This document shows, one piece after another, positions 8,819-16,308 of a DNA stretch of 41,809 nt. Below the pieces are notes generated by a model. That model worked only from the letters and a program-made list of their open reading frames with translations, was not told where the DNA came from and did no database searches. Location: the NCBI GenBank assembly GCA_900313895.1, contig OMTA01000001.1:1-41809 (forward strand), in the 5' to 3' direction. The number at the start of each line of letters is the position of its first letter. The stretch's first letter is position 1. The stretch comes from an uncultured Eubacteriales bacterium (lineage in GTDB: Bacteria; Bacillota; Clostridia; Oscillospirales; Acutalibacteraceae). The position numbers were made by a program, and so were the translations under genes.

Positions 8819-9390
8819 TTCGCCTCCTTTGCCGTGTATTCTTTGTAGATCCGACACGCTTCATTCACCGCTTTTGTCACGGCGCGTGAGCTGATCGTCG
8901 CCGAGGTGACCGCGTCTACCGTCTGAGCGTTGCCCGCGGTATCATCCTTGCTGACGACGATATCCTGATCGACGTTTAATCCTTTATATTGATCACGAAA
9001 CTTTTCATTCGATGTGTTTTTACCCAGACCCGGCGTCTCGTCGTCGTTATAGAAAACATCCACGCCGATGATACTGCCGTTTGTGTCGATACCGGTCATG
9101 ACCTTGACCTGACCGCCGTACCCTTGGGTCGCGGTGCTGATCGCGTAGCCGACGGGATTGCCGTCGCTGTCCTTGCCGAGATACAGCACATCTTTGTCGA
9201 TCTCGTCAAAGCTCTTCGCCTCGGGACAGACATTCTGCATACTCTGTTCCTTGCTTGCCTGCTCATTCTCGCCGATCTTGTCGGCGGTGACGTTGTTGGT
9301 CAGCGCCAGCAGCGCTGTAACGACAAGACAGATCAAAAAGAGCGAGATCGTGGGGATAAGGATCGCTTTTGCGCTGATTTTTCTTCTCAT
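8815..9390 (-). CDS. rnfG: Rnf subunit G
   Basis: N-terminal TM, GYGG, ETPGLG and FMNylation motif DAVTSATISS. True start is ATG 9390 (MRRKISAK), not the ORF-track start. Confidence 0.92.
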   Translation of the reverse strand: MRRKISAKAILIPTISLFLICLVVTALLALTNNVTADKIGENEQASKEQSMQNVCPEAKSFDEIDKDVLYLGKDSDGNPVGYAISTATQGYGGQVKVMTGIDTNGSIIGVDVFYNDDETPGLGKNTSNEKFRDQYKGLNVDQDIVVSKDDTAGNAQTVDAVTSATISSRAVTKAVNEACRIYKEYTAKEAK

Positions 9391-10337
9391 TTCTTCTCCC
9401 CCTTTGCCTTCTTCACAAAGCCGAACGTTTTGGGAACGGTCATCCGCTCGATCAGAGGAACCAAAATATTCATCAAAAGGATAGAGAACGAAACGCCCTC
9501 GGGCATATTCGAGAAGTTGCGCAGCAGCATGGTGAAGAACCCGCAGCCGATCGCGTAGATGACCTTGCCGGGGTTGGTGACGGGCGAGGTGGTGTAGTCG
9601 GTCGCCATGAAGATCGCGCCCAGGAGCAGACCGCCGGACAACAGCTGATACAGCGGATCCAGTCCGAACACCAGCGACATCAACGCCGCCGTCGCGAGAT
9701 ACACACACGGGATGATCGGACTGATGACGCGTCGGATGACCAGATAGACGCCGCCGAGGATCAGCGCCGCCGCACAGACCTCGCCGATCGAACCGCCGCA
9801 GCGACCGATCAGCAGATCGATATAGGAGTAGGTTCCCGCCTCAGCCGCCAAAGGCGTCGCGGAGGTGGTCGCGTCGATCTGCGCCGCCGCGGGAGCGCCC
9901 CACGCGGTGACCCAGTGCATCATCGCGCTCGGGAACGATACCAGAAGCACGATACGCGCCGCCAAAGCAGGATTGACAAAGTTCATGCCGATACCGCCGA
10001 ACATCTGCTTGACCACGACGATCGCGATCAAACATCCGAACATGGCGATCAGCGGATTGATATCCACCGGCAGGTTCAACGCCAGCAGCAATCCCGTCAC
10101 CACGGCGGAAAGATCGCCGATGGTGGATTCGCGCTTCATGATCTTGCGCGCTACATATTCGAGCAGCACACAGGTCGCGACGCATACCGCGATCAGTACC
10201 GCCGAGCGGAAGCCGAAGATCACGCACGCGGCGACCGAGGTCGGCAGCAGCGCGATGATCACGTCGAGCATGATCCTGCGGGTGGTGTTATTACTGCGTA
10301 TATGCGGAGAGGAGGATACATAGAGCTTGTTGTCCAT
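9387..10337 (-). CDS. rnfD: Rnf subunit D
   Basis: VSSSPHI, KQMFGGIGMNFVNPA, FMN motif TSATPL and FMATDYTTSP. Confidence 0.95.
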   Translation of the reverse strand: MDNKLYVSSSPHIRSNNTTRRIMLDVIIALLPTSVAACVIFGFRSAVLIAVCVATCVLLEYVARKIMKRESTIGDLSAVVTGLLLALNLPVDINPLIAMFGCLIAIVVVKQMFGGIGMNFVNPALAARIVLLVSFPSAMMHWVTAWGAPAAAQIDATTSATPLAAEAGTYSYIDLLIGRCGGSIGEVCAAALILGGVYLVIRRVISPIIPCVYLATAALMSLVFGLDPLYQLLSGGLLLGAIFMATDYTTSPVTNPGKVIYAIGCGFFTMLLRNFSNMPEGVSFSILLMNILVPLIERMTVPKTFGFVKKAKGEKK

Positions 10338-11707
10338 CAGTTCTTTCCTCCCTTACTCTGCGCGATCTGTTCGCGCTTTTTCTGATTCAAAAATGCTTTA
10401 CCCATGCGGATGCTCTGTACCAGATGCCGTTTTGCGGGACACGCAAAGGAGCAGCAGCCGCATTCCATACAGTTCATCGCGTTAAAATGCCTGAGCGCGT
10501 CCTCATCCTTGCGCTCGGCGGCATTACAAAGCTCCAGCGGCAACAGGCGCATCGGACAGGCGGAAACGCATTTGCCGCAGCGGATACACGCAGACGGCTG
10601 CGCAAGCCGCGCCTCTTTTTCGCCAAACGCGAGGATCGCGTTATTCTGCTTCAAAATAGGCAGGTCGTCGTTCGGAAGAGCGATACCCATCATCGGGCCG
10701 CCCATCAGGATCTTTTTCGGCTCTTCCTTATAGCCGCCGACAAAATCGATAACGTCCTTGATCGGCGTACCGATCGGAACGATGACGTTAGAAGGATTCT
10801 TGATCGCCGAACCGTCGACCGTCAGCCGCCTTGATACCAGCGGCATACCCGTCTTGAGGTACCGCGCGATAAACGCGATCGATCCGACGTTCATGACAAG
10901 ACACCCCGCGTCCGAGGGCAGTCCGCCCATCGGCACCTCGCGGCCGGTACACGCCTTGATCAGCACCTTTTCCGCGCCCTGCGGATAGGTCGCCTTGAGC
11001 GCCAGCACCCGGATCTCGTCGCCGACGTCCTGCTCGGTGTCCGCGATCTCATGCAGCGCCTCGATTGCTTCGGGCTTGTTGTTCTCGATCCCGATGATGA
11101 CCCGATGGATGCCGAGGAATTCCTTGACCGTCATGATACCGGAAAAGATATCCCAGCTGTTCTCGATCGCCTCTCTGTGGTCGGAGGTGATATACGGCTC
11201 ACATTCCGCGACGTTGATGATCATCGTGTCGACCTTCTTATCCGCGGGGATGTTCAGCTTGACCGACGTCGGAAAACCCGCGCCGCCGAGTCCGACCAGA
11301 CCCGATTCGCGCACCGCGGTCAGCAGATCGGATATGTTATGTACCTTAGGCGGTTTGACGTCCGGCGAGACACGCTGTTCGCCGTCGCTCTCGATAAAGA
11401 TCGCGTCAAGCCGATTGCCGTCGGGCATCGTGATCTTGTCGATCTTTTTGACCGTGCCCGATACGCTCGCGTGGATCGGCGCGCTGACAAAGGCGTCGCT
11501 TCTCGCGATACACTGACCGACGTCAACGGTGTCGCCGACCTTGACGAGAGGCACACACGGCGCGCCGATATGCTGTATCATCGGCAGCGCGACCATTTTC
11601 GGTACGGGCATATGCAGACTTTCTTTGTGCGCGGTGTTCTTATTGTGCGGAGCATGGACCCCTCCCCGTGTGGGATAGGACCGCTTCGGAAAGCTCAATT
11701 GAGCCAC
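10337..11707 (-). CDS. rnfC: Rnf subunit C
   Basis: QHIGAP, GLVGLGGAGFPT, ECEPY, YPQGAEK, GGPMMG and two 4Fe-4S motifs. Start placed at GTG 11707 after the AGGGGG RBS. Confidence 0.95.
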   Translation of the reverse strand: MAQLSFPKRSYPTRGGVHAPHNKNTAHKESLHMPVPKMVALPMIQHIGAPCVPLVKVGDTVDVGQCIARSDAFVSAPIHASVSGTVKKIDKITMPDGNRLDAIFIESDGEQRVSPDVKPPKVHNISDLLTAVRESGLVGLGGAGFPTSVKLNIPADKKVDTMIINVAECEPYITSDHREAIENSWDIFSGIMTVKEFLGIHRVIIGIENNKPEAIEALHEIADTEQDVGDEIRVLALKATYPQGAEKVLIKACTGREVPMGGLPSDAGCLVMNVGSIAFIARYLKTGMPLVSRRLTVDGSAIKNPSNVIVPIGTPIKDVIDFVGGYKEEPKKILMGGPMMGIALPNDDLPILKQNNAILAFGEKEARLAQPSACIRCGKCVSACPMRLLPLELCNAAERKDEDALRHFNAMNCMECGCCSFACPAKRHLVQSIRMGKAFLNQKKREQIAQSKGGKN

Positions 11708-11734
11708 AAATATTCCCCCTTTTTCTGAGTTGAA

Positions 11735-11824
11735 AATGGACAATTGACAGTAGACAATTGCGGGCGGCCGCTGCCCGCACCCGAAATGTATTGACATTTT
11801 CGGGAGGGCTTTGCTTTCACCCGA
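11735..11824. repeat. Heptamer run plus GCGGGC..GCCCGCACCCGA hairpin in the rnf leader
   Basis: AATGGAC-AATTGAC-AGTAGAC-AATT, then a hairpin shared with 36311-36331. The segment ATTGACATTTTCGGGA is shared with 24211-24226. Confidence 0.7.
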
Positions 11825-11840
11825 TTTTTACTTACCTTAT

Positions 11841-11869
11841 ATAATAACATTATATATGTCATTTTTCAA
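11841..11869 (-). promoter_or_regulatory. Probable SigA promoter of the rnf operon
   Basis: Minus strand TTGAAA, 17 bp, TATTAT with extended TG. Confidence 0.55.
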
Positions 11870-11935
11870 TATGTATAATCAAGGTAAACGGTGAAAAAAT
11901 ATGTATGACTATATTTCAAAGAAAGAGATGAAACC

Positions 11936-12289
11936 ATGCAGTTTGTCAACGCATTTTTAGTCGGAGGCGCTTTGTGCCTCATCGGACAGATCCTGATCGA
12001 TAAAACCTCTCTCACCCCCGCGCGCATCCTGACGGGATACGTCGTCGCGGGCGTTATCCTCTCCGCGCTCGGCGTCTACGGTATTATCGCGGATTTCGGC
12101 GGCGCGGGCGCCACCGTCCCGCTGTCGGGCTTCGGCCATTTGATGGCACAGGGCGTGCGCGACGCGGTCGATTCCTCCGGCGCGATCGGTATCCTCACCG
12201 GCGCGCTGACCTCCGCCTCCGCCGGCATCGCCGCCGCGATCATCTTCTCCCTCACCGCCGGCTTATTGTCAAAACCCAAAGAAAAGTGA
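11936..12289 (+). CDS. spoVAE: Stage V sporulation protein AE (SpoVAE/SpoVAEb)
   Basis: AFLVGGALCLIGQILID.T.LTPARIL and GAGATVPLSGFG; 117-aa hydrophobic protein. Confidence 0.9.
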   Translation: MQFVNAFLVGGALCLIGQILIDKTSLTPARILTGYVVAGVILSALGVYGIIADFGGAGATVPLSGFGHLMAQGVRDAVDSSGAIGILTGALTSASAGIAAAIIFSLTAGLLSKPKEK

Positions 12290-12306
12290 TCCTCCCATTA
12301 CTAACC

Positions 12307-12575
12307 ACTAAAAGAAAAATGATCTCCGCAATAACCTTTCCTCCAAACGACGCTCGCAAGCGAAGCAAATGTATCTCTTCCAATCCAAAACGCGTCAGCG
12401 TTTCCCTTCATTCCTAATTCCTCATTCCTAACTCCTAACTAAAAGAAAAACGCTCTCCGCGATAACCTTCCCTTTAAACGACGCTTGCAAGCGAAGCAAA
12501 TGTATCTCTTCCAATCCAAAACGCGTCAGCGTTTCCCTTCATTCCTAATTCCTCATTCCTAATTCCTAACTAAAA
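12307..12575 (+). repeat. 131-bp tandem duplication containing GCGAAGCA and an ATTCCTA heptamer run
   Basis: Copies start at 12307 and 12438, with a third start (ACTAAAA) at 12569. Copies are highly similar, with differences mostly in the first 50 bp. Confidence 0.95.
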
Positions 12576-12578
12576 ATG

Positions 12579-12607
12579 TTGCTTCTTTCCTCCTCCCGCG
12601 TTATAAT
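12579..12607 (+). promoter_or_regulatory. SigA promoter for rlmI
   Basis: TTGCTT, 17 bp, TATAAT. Confidence 0.7.
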
Positions 12608-12637
12608 AAACCCATCACAACGCAAAGGATCGAACAC

Positions 12638-13855
12638 ATGGACAGAACATATCCGAAAGTAACAGTCAGCAAAAAATGTGAGAATTTCATCAAAGGCGGG
12701 CATATCTGGGTCTATTTTGACGAGATCAGATCCATCGACGGCGCCTATGAAAACGGCGATATCGTCGACGTCCTGACCGAAAAGGGCAGATATCTCGGCT
12801 CGGGCTATATCAACGACCATTCCAAGATCCGCGTGCGGATCATCTCCAAAAACCCGAACGACAAATTCGACGAGGCGTTCTACCGCCGCCGTATCGACTA
12901 CGCGCTGGATTACCGCGAGACCGTGATGGGCGCGGATTTTTCATCCTGCCGCCTGATCTTCGGCGAAGCGGACAGCTTCCCCGGACTGACGGTCGATAAA
13001 TTCGAAAACATCTTGGTCGCCCAGGTGCTGTCCCTCGGTATCGACCGCATCAAGGATCTGATCTTCCGCAATCTAATCGATTCTCTGCGCCTGCGCGGTC
13101 ACCGGATCGACGCGATATACGAGCGCAACGACGTCAAGGTACGCGCCCTCGAGGGGCTCGACGAGTACACCGGCTTTTATCCGATGGAGGGTTTACGTAC
13201 CGATCTTTCCGGTGAGGTGGAAATCACCGAAAACGGCATCCGCTACATCGTCGATTATATAGGCGGCCAGAAAACCGGCTTTTTCCTCGATCAAAAGTAT
13301 AACCGTCGCGCCGTGGCAAAGATCGCCGCGGGCAAGCGCGTGCTGGATTGCTTCACCCACACCGGCGCCTTCGCGCTCAATGCCGCGACCGCCGCCGCCC
13401 ATGTCACCGCCGTTGATATCTCTCAGACCGCGATCGATATGGCGCGCCGCAACGCCTCGCTCAACGGCTTTACCAATATCGATTTTGTCAAAGCGGACGT
13501 CTTTGATCTGTTGACGGATATGGCGCAGCAAAAGCGTCACGATTACGACATGATCATCCTCGATCCCCCCGCATTCACCAAGTCCCGCTCCGCGACCAAA
13601 GCCGCCGAGCGCGGCTACAAGGAGATCAACCTGAAAGCGATGCGCCTGCTTCCCCGCGGCGGATATCTCGCGACCTGCAGCTGCTCGCATTTCATGCCCG
13701 ATCACCTGTTCCGCAAAATGCTCTTTTCCGCCGCCGCTGACGCGAACGTCAGCCTACGCCAGATCGAGTGCCGCCAGCAAAGCGCCGACCATCCGATCCT
13801 CTGGGGCGTCGAGGAAACGGACTATCTGAAATTTTACATCTTCCAGGTCGTATGA
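12638..13855 (+). CDS. rlmI: 23S rRNA m5C1962-type SAM-dependent methyltransferase (RlmI family)
   Basis: PUA domain GHIWVY, GEADSFPGLTVD, GQKTGFFLDQ, VLDCFTHTGAF, ILDPPAF and TCSCS. Confidence 0.88.
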   Translation: MDRTYPKVTVSKKCENFIKGGHIWVYFDEIRSIDGAYENGDIVDVLTEKGRYLGSGYINDHSKIRVRIISKNPNDKFDEAFYRRRIDYALDYRETVMGADFSSCRLIFGEADSFPGLTVDKFENILVAQVLSLGIDRIKDLIFRNLIDSLRLRGHRIDAIYERNDVKVRALEGLDEYTGFYPMEGLRTDLSGEVEITENGIRYIVDYIGGQKTGFFLDQKYNRRAVAKIAAGKRVLDCFTHTGAFALNAATAAAHVTAVDISQTAIDMARRNASLNGFTNIDFVKADVFDLLTDMAQQKRHDYDMIILDPPAFTKSRSATKAAERGYKEINLKAMRLLPRGGYLATCSCSHFMPDHLFRKMLFSAAADANVSLRQIECRQQSADHPILWGVEETDYLKFYIFQVV

Positions 13856-13882
13856 CCCGATCAGCCTGATCCTACATCGTAG

Positions 13883-14280
13883 AATGAGGAATTAGGAATT
13901 ATTGTAGGAACATTTAATACCATCCGTAGGGACGAGCAATGCTCGTCCGCGCCCTACCTGTTAAATGCCGTCTACCCGCGAAGCAGAAGAACCACCCGTC
14001 GTAGGGGACTGCGCCCCGACGTCCCGATATAAGGCGTGAGGAATTGATTTGTAGGGACGTTCCTCAGCCGGAGACGGCACACCCCTCTGTCCGCTTTGCG
14101 GACATCTCCCCTAGTAGGGGAGTCTCATTGCTCGTCCGCAACTTATCTGCAAAAACCTGTCCTCCTGCGAAGCATATTAAACGCTTGCCGTAGGGGACGG
14201 CGCCCCGACGTCCCGCGAGCGCCCTGCGCTCCCTATAGCGCCGCAGGCACTACACTAACTACCAACTTCTGACCACCTAC
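13883..14280. repeat. BIME-like mosaic: heptamers, alternating GTAG REP types (13926, 14001, 14051, 14190), nested 66-bp insert, two GCGAAGCA
   Basis: Read directly. The unit REP-A, 28 nt, GCGAAGCA, 15 nt, REP-B occurs twice. Confidence 0.88.
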
Positions 14281-14281
14281 C

Positions 14282-14311
14282 AAAAAAGCTCCCTCATGCC
14301 GAGGGAGCTTT
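14282..14311 (-). terminator. Intrinsic terminator of the GT2-gtrA operon
   Basis: AAAGCTCCCTC-atgcc-GAGGGAGCTTT with a minus-strand U-tract, 8 bp after the gtrA stop. Confidence 0.85.
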
Positions 14312-14318
14312 CCTTATC

Positions 14319-14837
14319 TTATTCGCTTTTTTCGGGTTTCTCTTTTTTATCCTTGAAGATGATCAGCTTCGAGAAAACATAATTCAGGATAACGACGATG
14401 ACGCTGACGACCAGCTTCGCCACAAAGCCTTCCGCACCGAACAGCGGCTGATTCAGTCCGATCGCAACCAGCAGCGGCACGCCGAACCATTCGAGCACGC
14501 CGGTGATCAATCTTGCCGCGACAAACAGCCAGAATTCCTTGAGCGCGACGCTCGGCTTCCACGATTTGGATTCAAAGACCCAGATCTTGTTGGTGACGAA
14601 CGCGAACGCGACGCCCGCGACCCACGCGACGAAATTCGCGATAAAGATGGTGAACATACTGACGGTGATCTCCATCCCAAAGAGGGAGAAGAACAGATCG
14701 CCGTTTTCCATCTGCGCCGAAAAGATCCTCGCCAAGACCCAGTACACCGCCCAATTGACCAGCGTCGTCAGCACACCGAAGATGATGTACAAAATGATCT
14801 CTTTATATTTGACAAACAGTTCTTTGATTTTATTCAT
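14319..14837 (-). CDS. GtrA/GtcA family lipid-linked sugar flippase
   Basis: YIIFGVLTTLVN, FAFVTNKIWVF and VVILNYVFSKLIIF; 4 TM helices. Confidence 0.9.
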   Translation of the reverse strand: MNKIKELFVKYKEIILYIIFGVLTTLVNWAVYWVLARIFSAQMENGDLFFSLFGMEITVSMFTIFIANFVAWVAGVAFAFVTNKIWVFESKSWKPSVALKEFWLFVAARLITGVLEWFGVPLLVAIGLNQPLFGAEGFVAKLVVSVIVVILNYVFSKLIIFKDKKEKPEKSE

Positions 14838-14856
14838 AATACTATCTCTTTTTATC

Positions 14857-14891
14857 CGTCATTGCGAGGGCTGAAAGCCCGTGGCAATCTC
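14857..14891 (+). repeat. CGTC-type REP palindrome
   Basis: CGTCATTGCGAGGGCTGAAAGCCCGTGGCAATCTC: ATTGC/GCAAT outer stem and GGGCT/AGCCC inner stem. Confidence 0.7.
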
Positions 14892-14911
14892 CCAAAAAGA
14901 GTATCCCTTTC

Positions 14912-15850
14912 TTAGTCTTTCTTTTCCAGATTCGTCTCCGCGGTGATATAGATCGGTCTGTCCTTCGCTTCGATATAGATCCTGCCGATATATTCACCCA
15001 GCACGCCGACTGACATCTCGATGATACCGCCCATGAACAGCACCGCGCACAGCGTGGTGACATAGCCGGGCACATCGATACCCATGATCAAGGTCTGGAT
15101 CAGCGTGATGATGATCCAGATAAACGCCAGCGCCGAGATGACAAAGCCCAGCACCGCGATAAATCTGAGCGGCGTGACGGAAAAGCTCGTGATACCGTCG
15201 AGCGCATATTTGAACAAGCCCCAAAAGCTCCATTTCGTCGTACCGACGGTACGCTCCACGTTCTGGTACTCGATCCATTTTGTCTGATAACCTACCCAGC
15301 AGAAAAGCCCCTTCGAAAAACGCTGCTTCTCACAGAGCTTGACGATCGAATCGACCATCTGTCTTGACATGATGCGAAAATCCACCGCGCCGTCGGGCAT
15401 CTTGACGTCGCTGATCTTGTTCTGGAATCCGAAGAACATTTTAGAGATCAGCTGTCTTAGTTTACTTTCACCCTTCTGCTTGGCGCGATACAGCGCGCAG
15501 CAGTCATAGCCTTCCTCAACGCCCTTGATCATCTGCGGGAACATCGCGGGCGGATGCTGCAGATCCGCGTCCATGACGATCACATAGTCGCCGGTCGAAT
15601 TCTCAAGTCCCGCGTACATCGCAGATTCTTTTCCGAAGTTGCGGGAGAAGGAGATGTATTTCGCGTTGTCGTATTTTTCGGCAAGCGCGCGCATGACCTC
15701 AAGGGTTCTGTCCTTAGATCCGTCGTTGACGAAGATATACCGAAAATCATAGTCGGGGATTGTCGCGATGACCTTGTTGGTCTCCTCGATAAACAGCGGC
15801 AGGACTTCTTCTTCGTTATAGCAGGGTACGATAATGTCGATCAGTTTCAT
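14912..15850 (-). CDS. GT2 polyprenyl-phosphate glycosyltransferase (GtrB/CsbB-like)
   Basis: IIVPCYNEE, FVNDGSKD, SFSRNFGKESA, MDADLQHPP, two C-terminal TMs and GEYIGRIYIEAKDRP. Confidence 0.92.
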   Translation of the reverse strand: MKLIDIIVPCYNEEEVLPLFIEETNKVIATIPDYDFRYIFVNDGSKDRTLEVMRALAEKYDNAKYISFSRNFGKESAMYAGLENSTGDYVIVMDADLQHPPAMFPQMIKGVEEGYDCCALYRAKQKGESKLRQLISKMFFGFQNKISDVKMPDGAVDFRIMSRQMVDSIVKLCEKQRFSKGLFCWVGYQTKWIEYQNVERTVGTTKWSFWGLFKYALDGITSFSVTPLRFIAVLGFVISALAFIWIIITLIQTLIMGIDVPGYVTTLCAVLFMGGIIEMSVGVLGEYIGRIYIEAKDRPIYITAETNLEKKD

Positions 15851-15943
15851 AGGCTACACCTCTATCCTGTATCAATCTATCATAAATCTATTTTATCAAA
15901 CGGGTTCGTTCGGCAGGGCTTACAGATAATCAGGAATCAACCT

Positions 15944-16047
15944 GCAGGGGCGACCGTCGTCCACAAACGAAGTATATCCCTCTCACCGTAGGGACGAGCA
16001 ATGCTCGTCCGAAAACCTCGCTGTCCGACCTCGCCTCCCGCGAAGCA
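15944..16047 (+). repeat. Degenerate REP plus intact GTAG REP-28 nt-GCGAAGCA module
   Basis: GTAGGGACGAGCAATGCTCGTCCG at 15988-16011 is identical to 13926-13949. GCGAAGCA is at 16040. CGTCCACAAACGAAG is shared with 24377-24391. Confidence 0.85.
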
Positions 16048-16146
16048 AATCCATCCGTCGGAAACGATGCCGACAAGCGTGTTCTACCTTCCAAGCGATC
16101 TCCGGGTATCTTGTTAGGTCTTGGCGATAAAACCCCAGATATAGTT

Positions 16147-16175
16147 ATTATAACAAAGATGACCGCATAAGTAAA
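16147..16175 (-). promoter_or_regulatory. Probable SigA promoter for GT2-gtrA
   Basis: Minus strand TTTACT, 17 bp, TATAAT with extended TG. Confidence 0.55.
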
Positions 16176-16219
16176 TGCGTTTGAAAAAATTTTTATAATT
16201 TACGATTTTCCTGTTTACC

Positions 16220-16248
16220 TTGACTCGCTTTCATGGTAATATTATATT
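16220..16248 (+). promoter_or_regulatory. Probable SigA promoter for yfhO
   Basis: TTGACT, 17 bp, TATATT. Confidence 0.55.
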
Positions 16249-16308
16249 GAATATTTATGTCAGCCGGAAGAGATCTTCCGCTGAATCTTTAGTTAGGAGA
16301 ACCCGACA

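Noticed and set aside
13883-14280. CRISPR array interpretation of the hairpin-spacer repeats (also 6347-6689 and 24189-24635)
   Set aside because: Repeats are not identical, alternate between types and occur in short dispersed clusters. Spacers resemble one another, and no cas gene is present.
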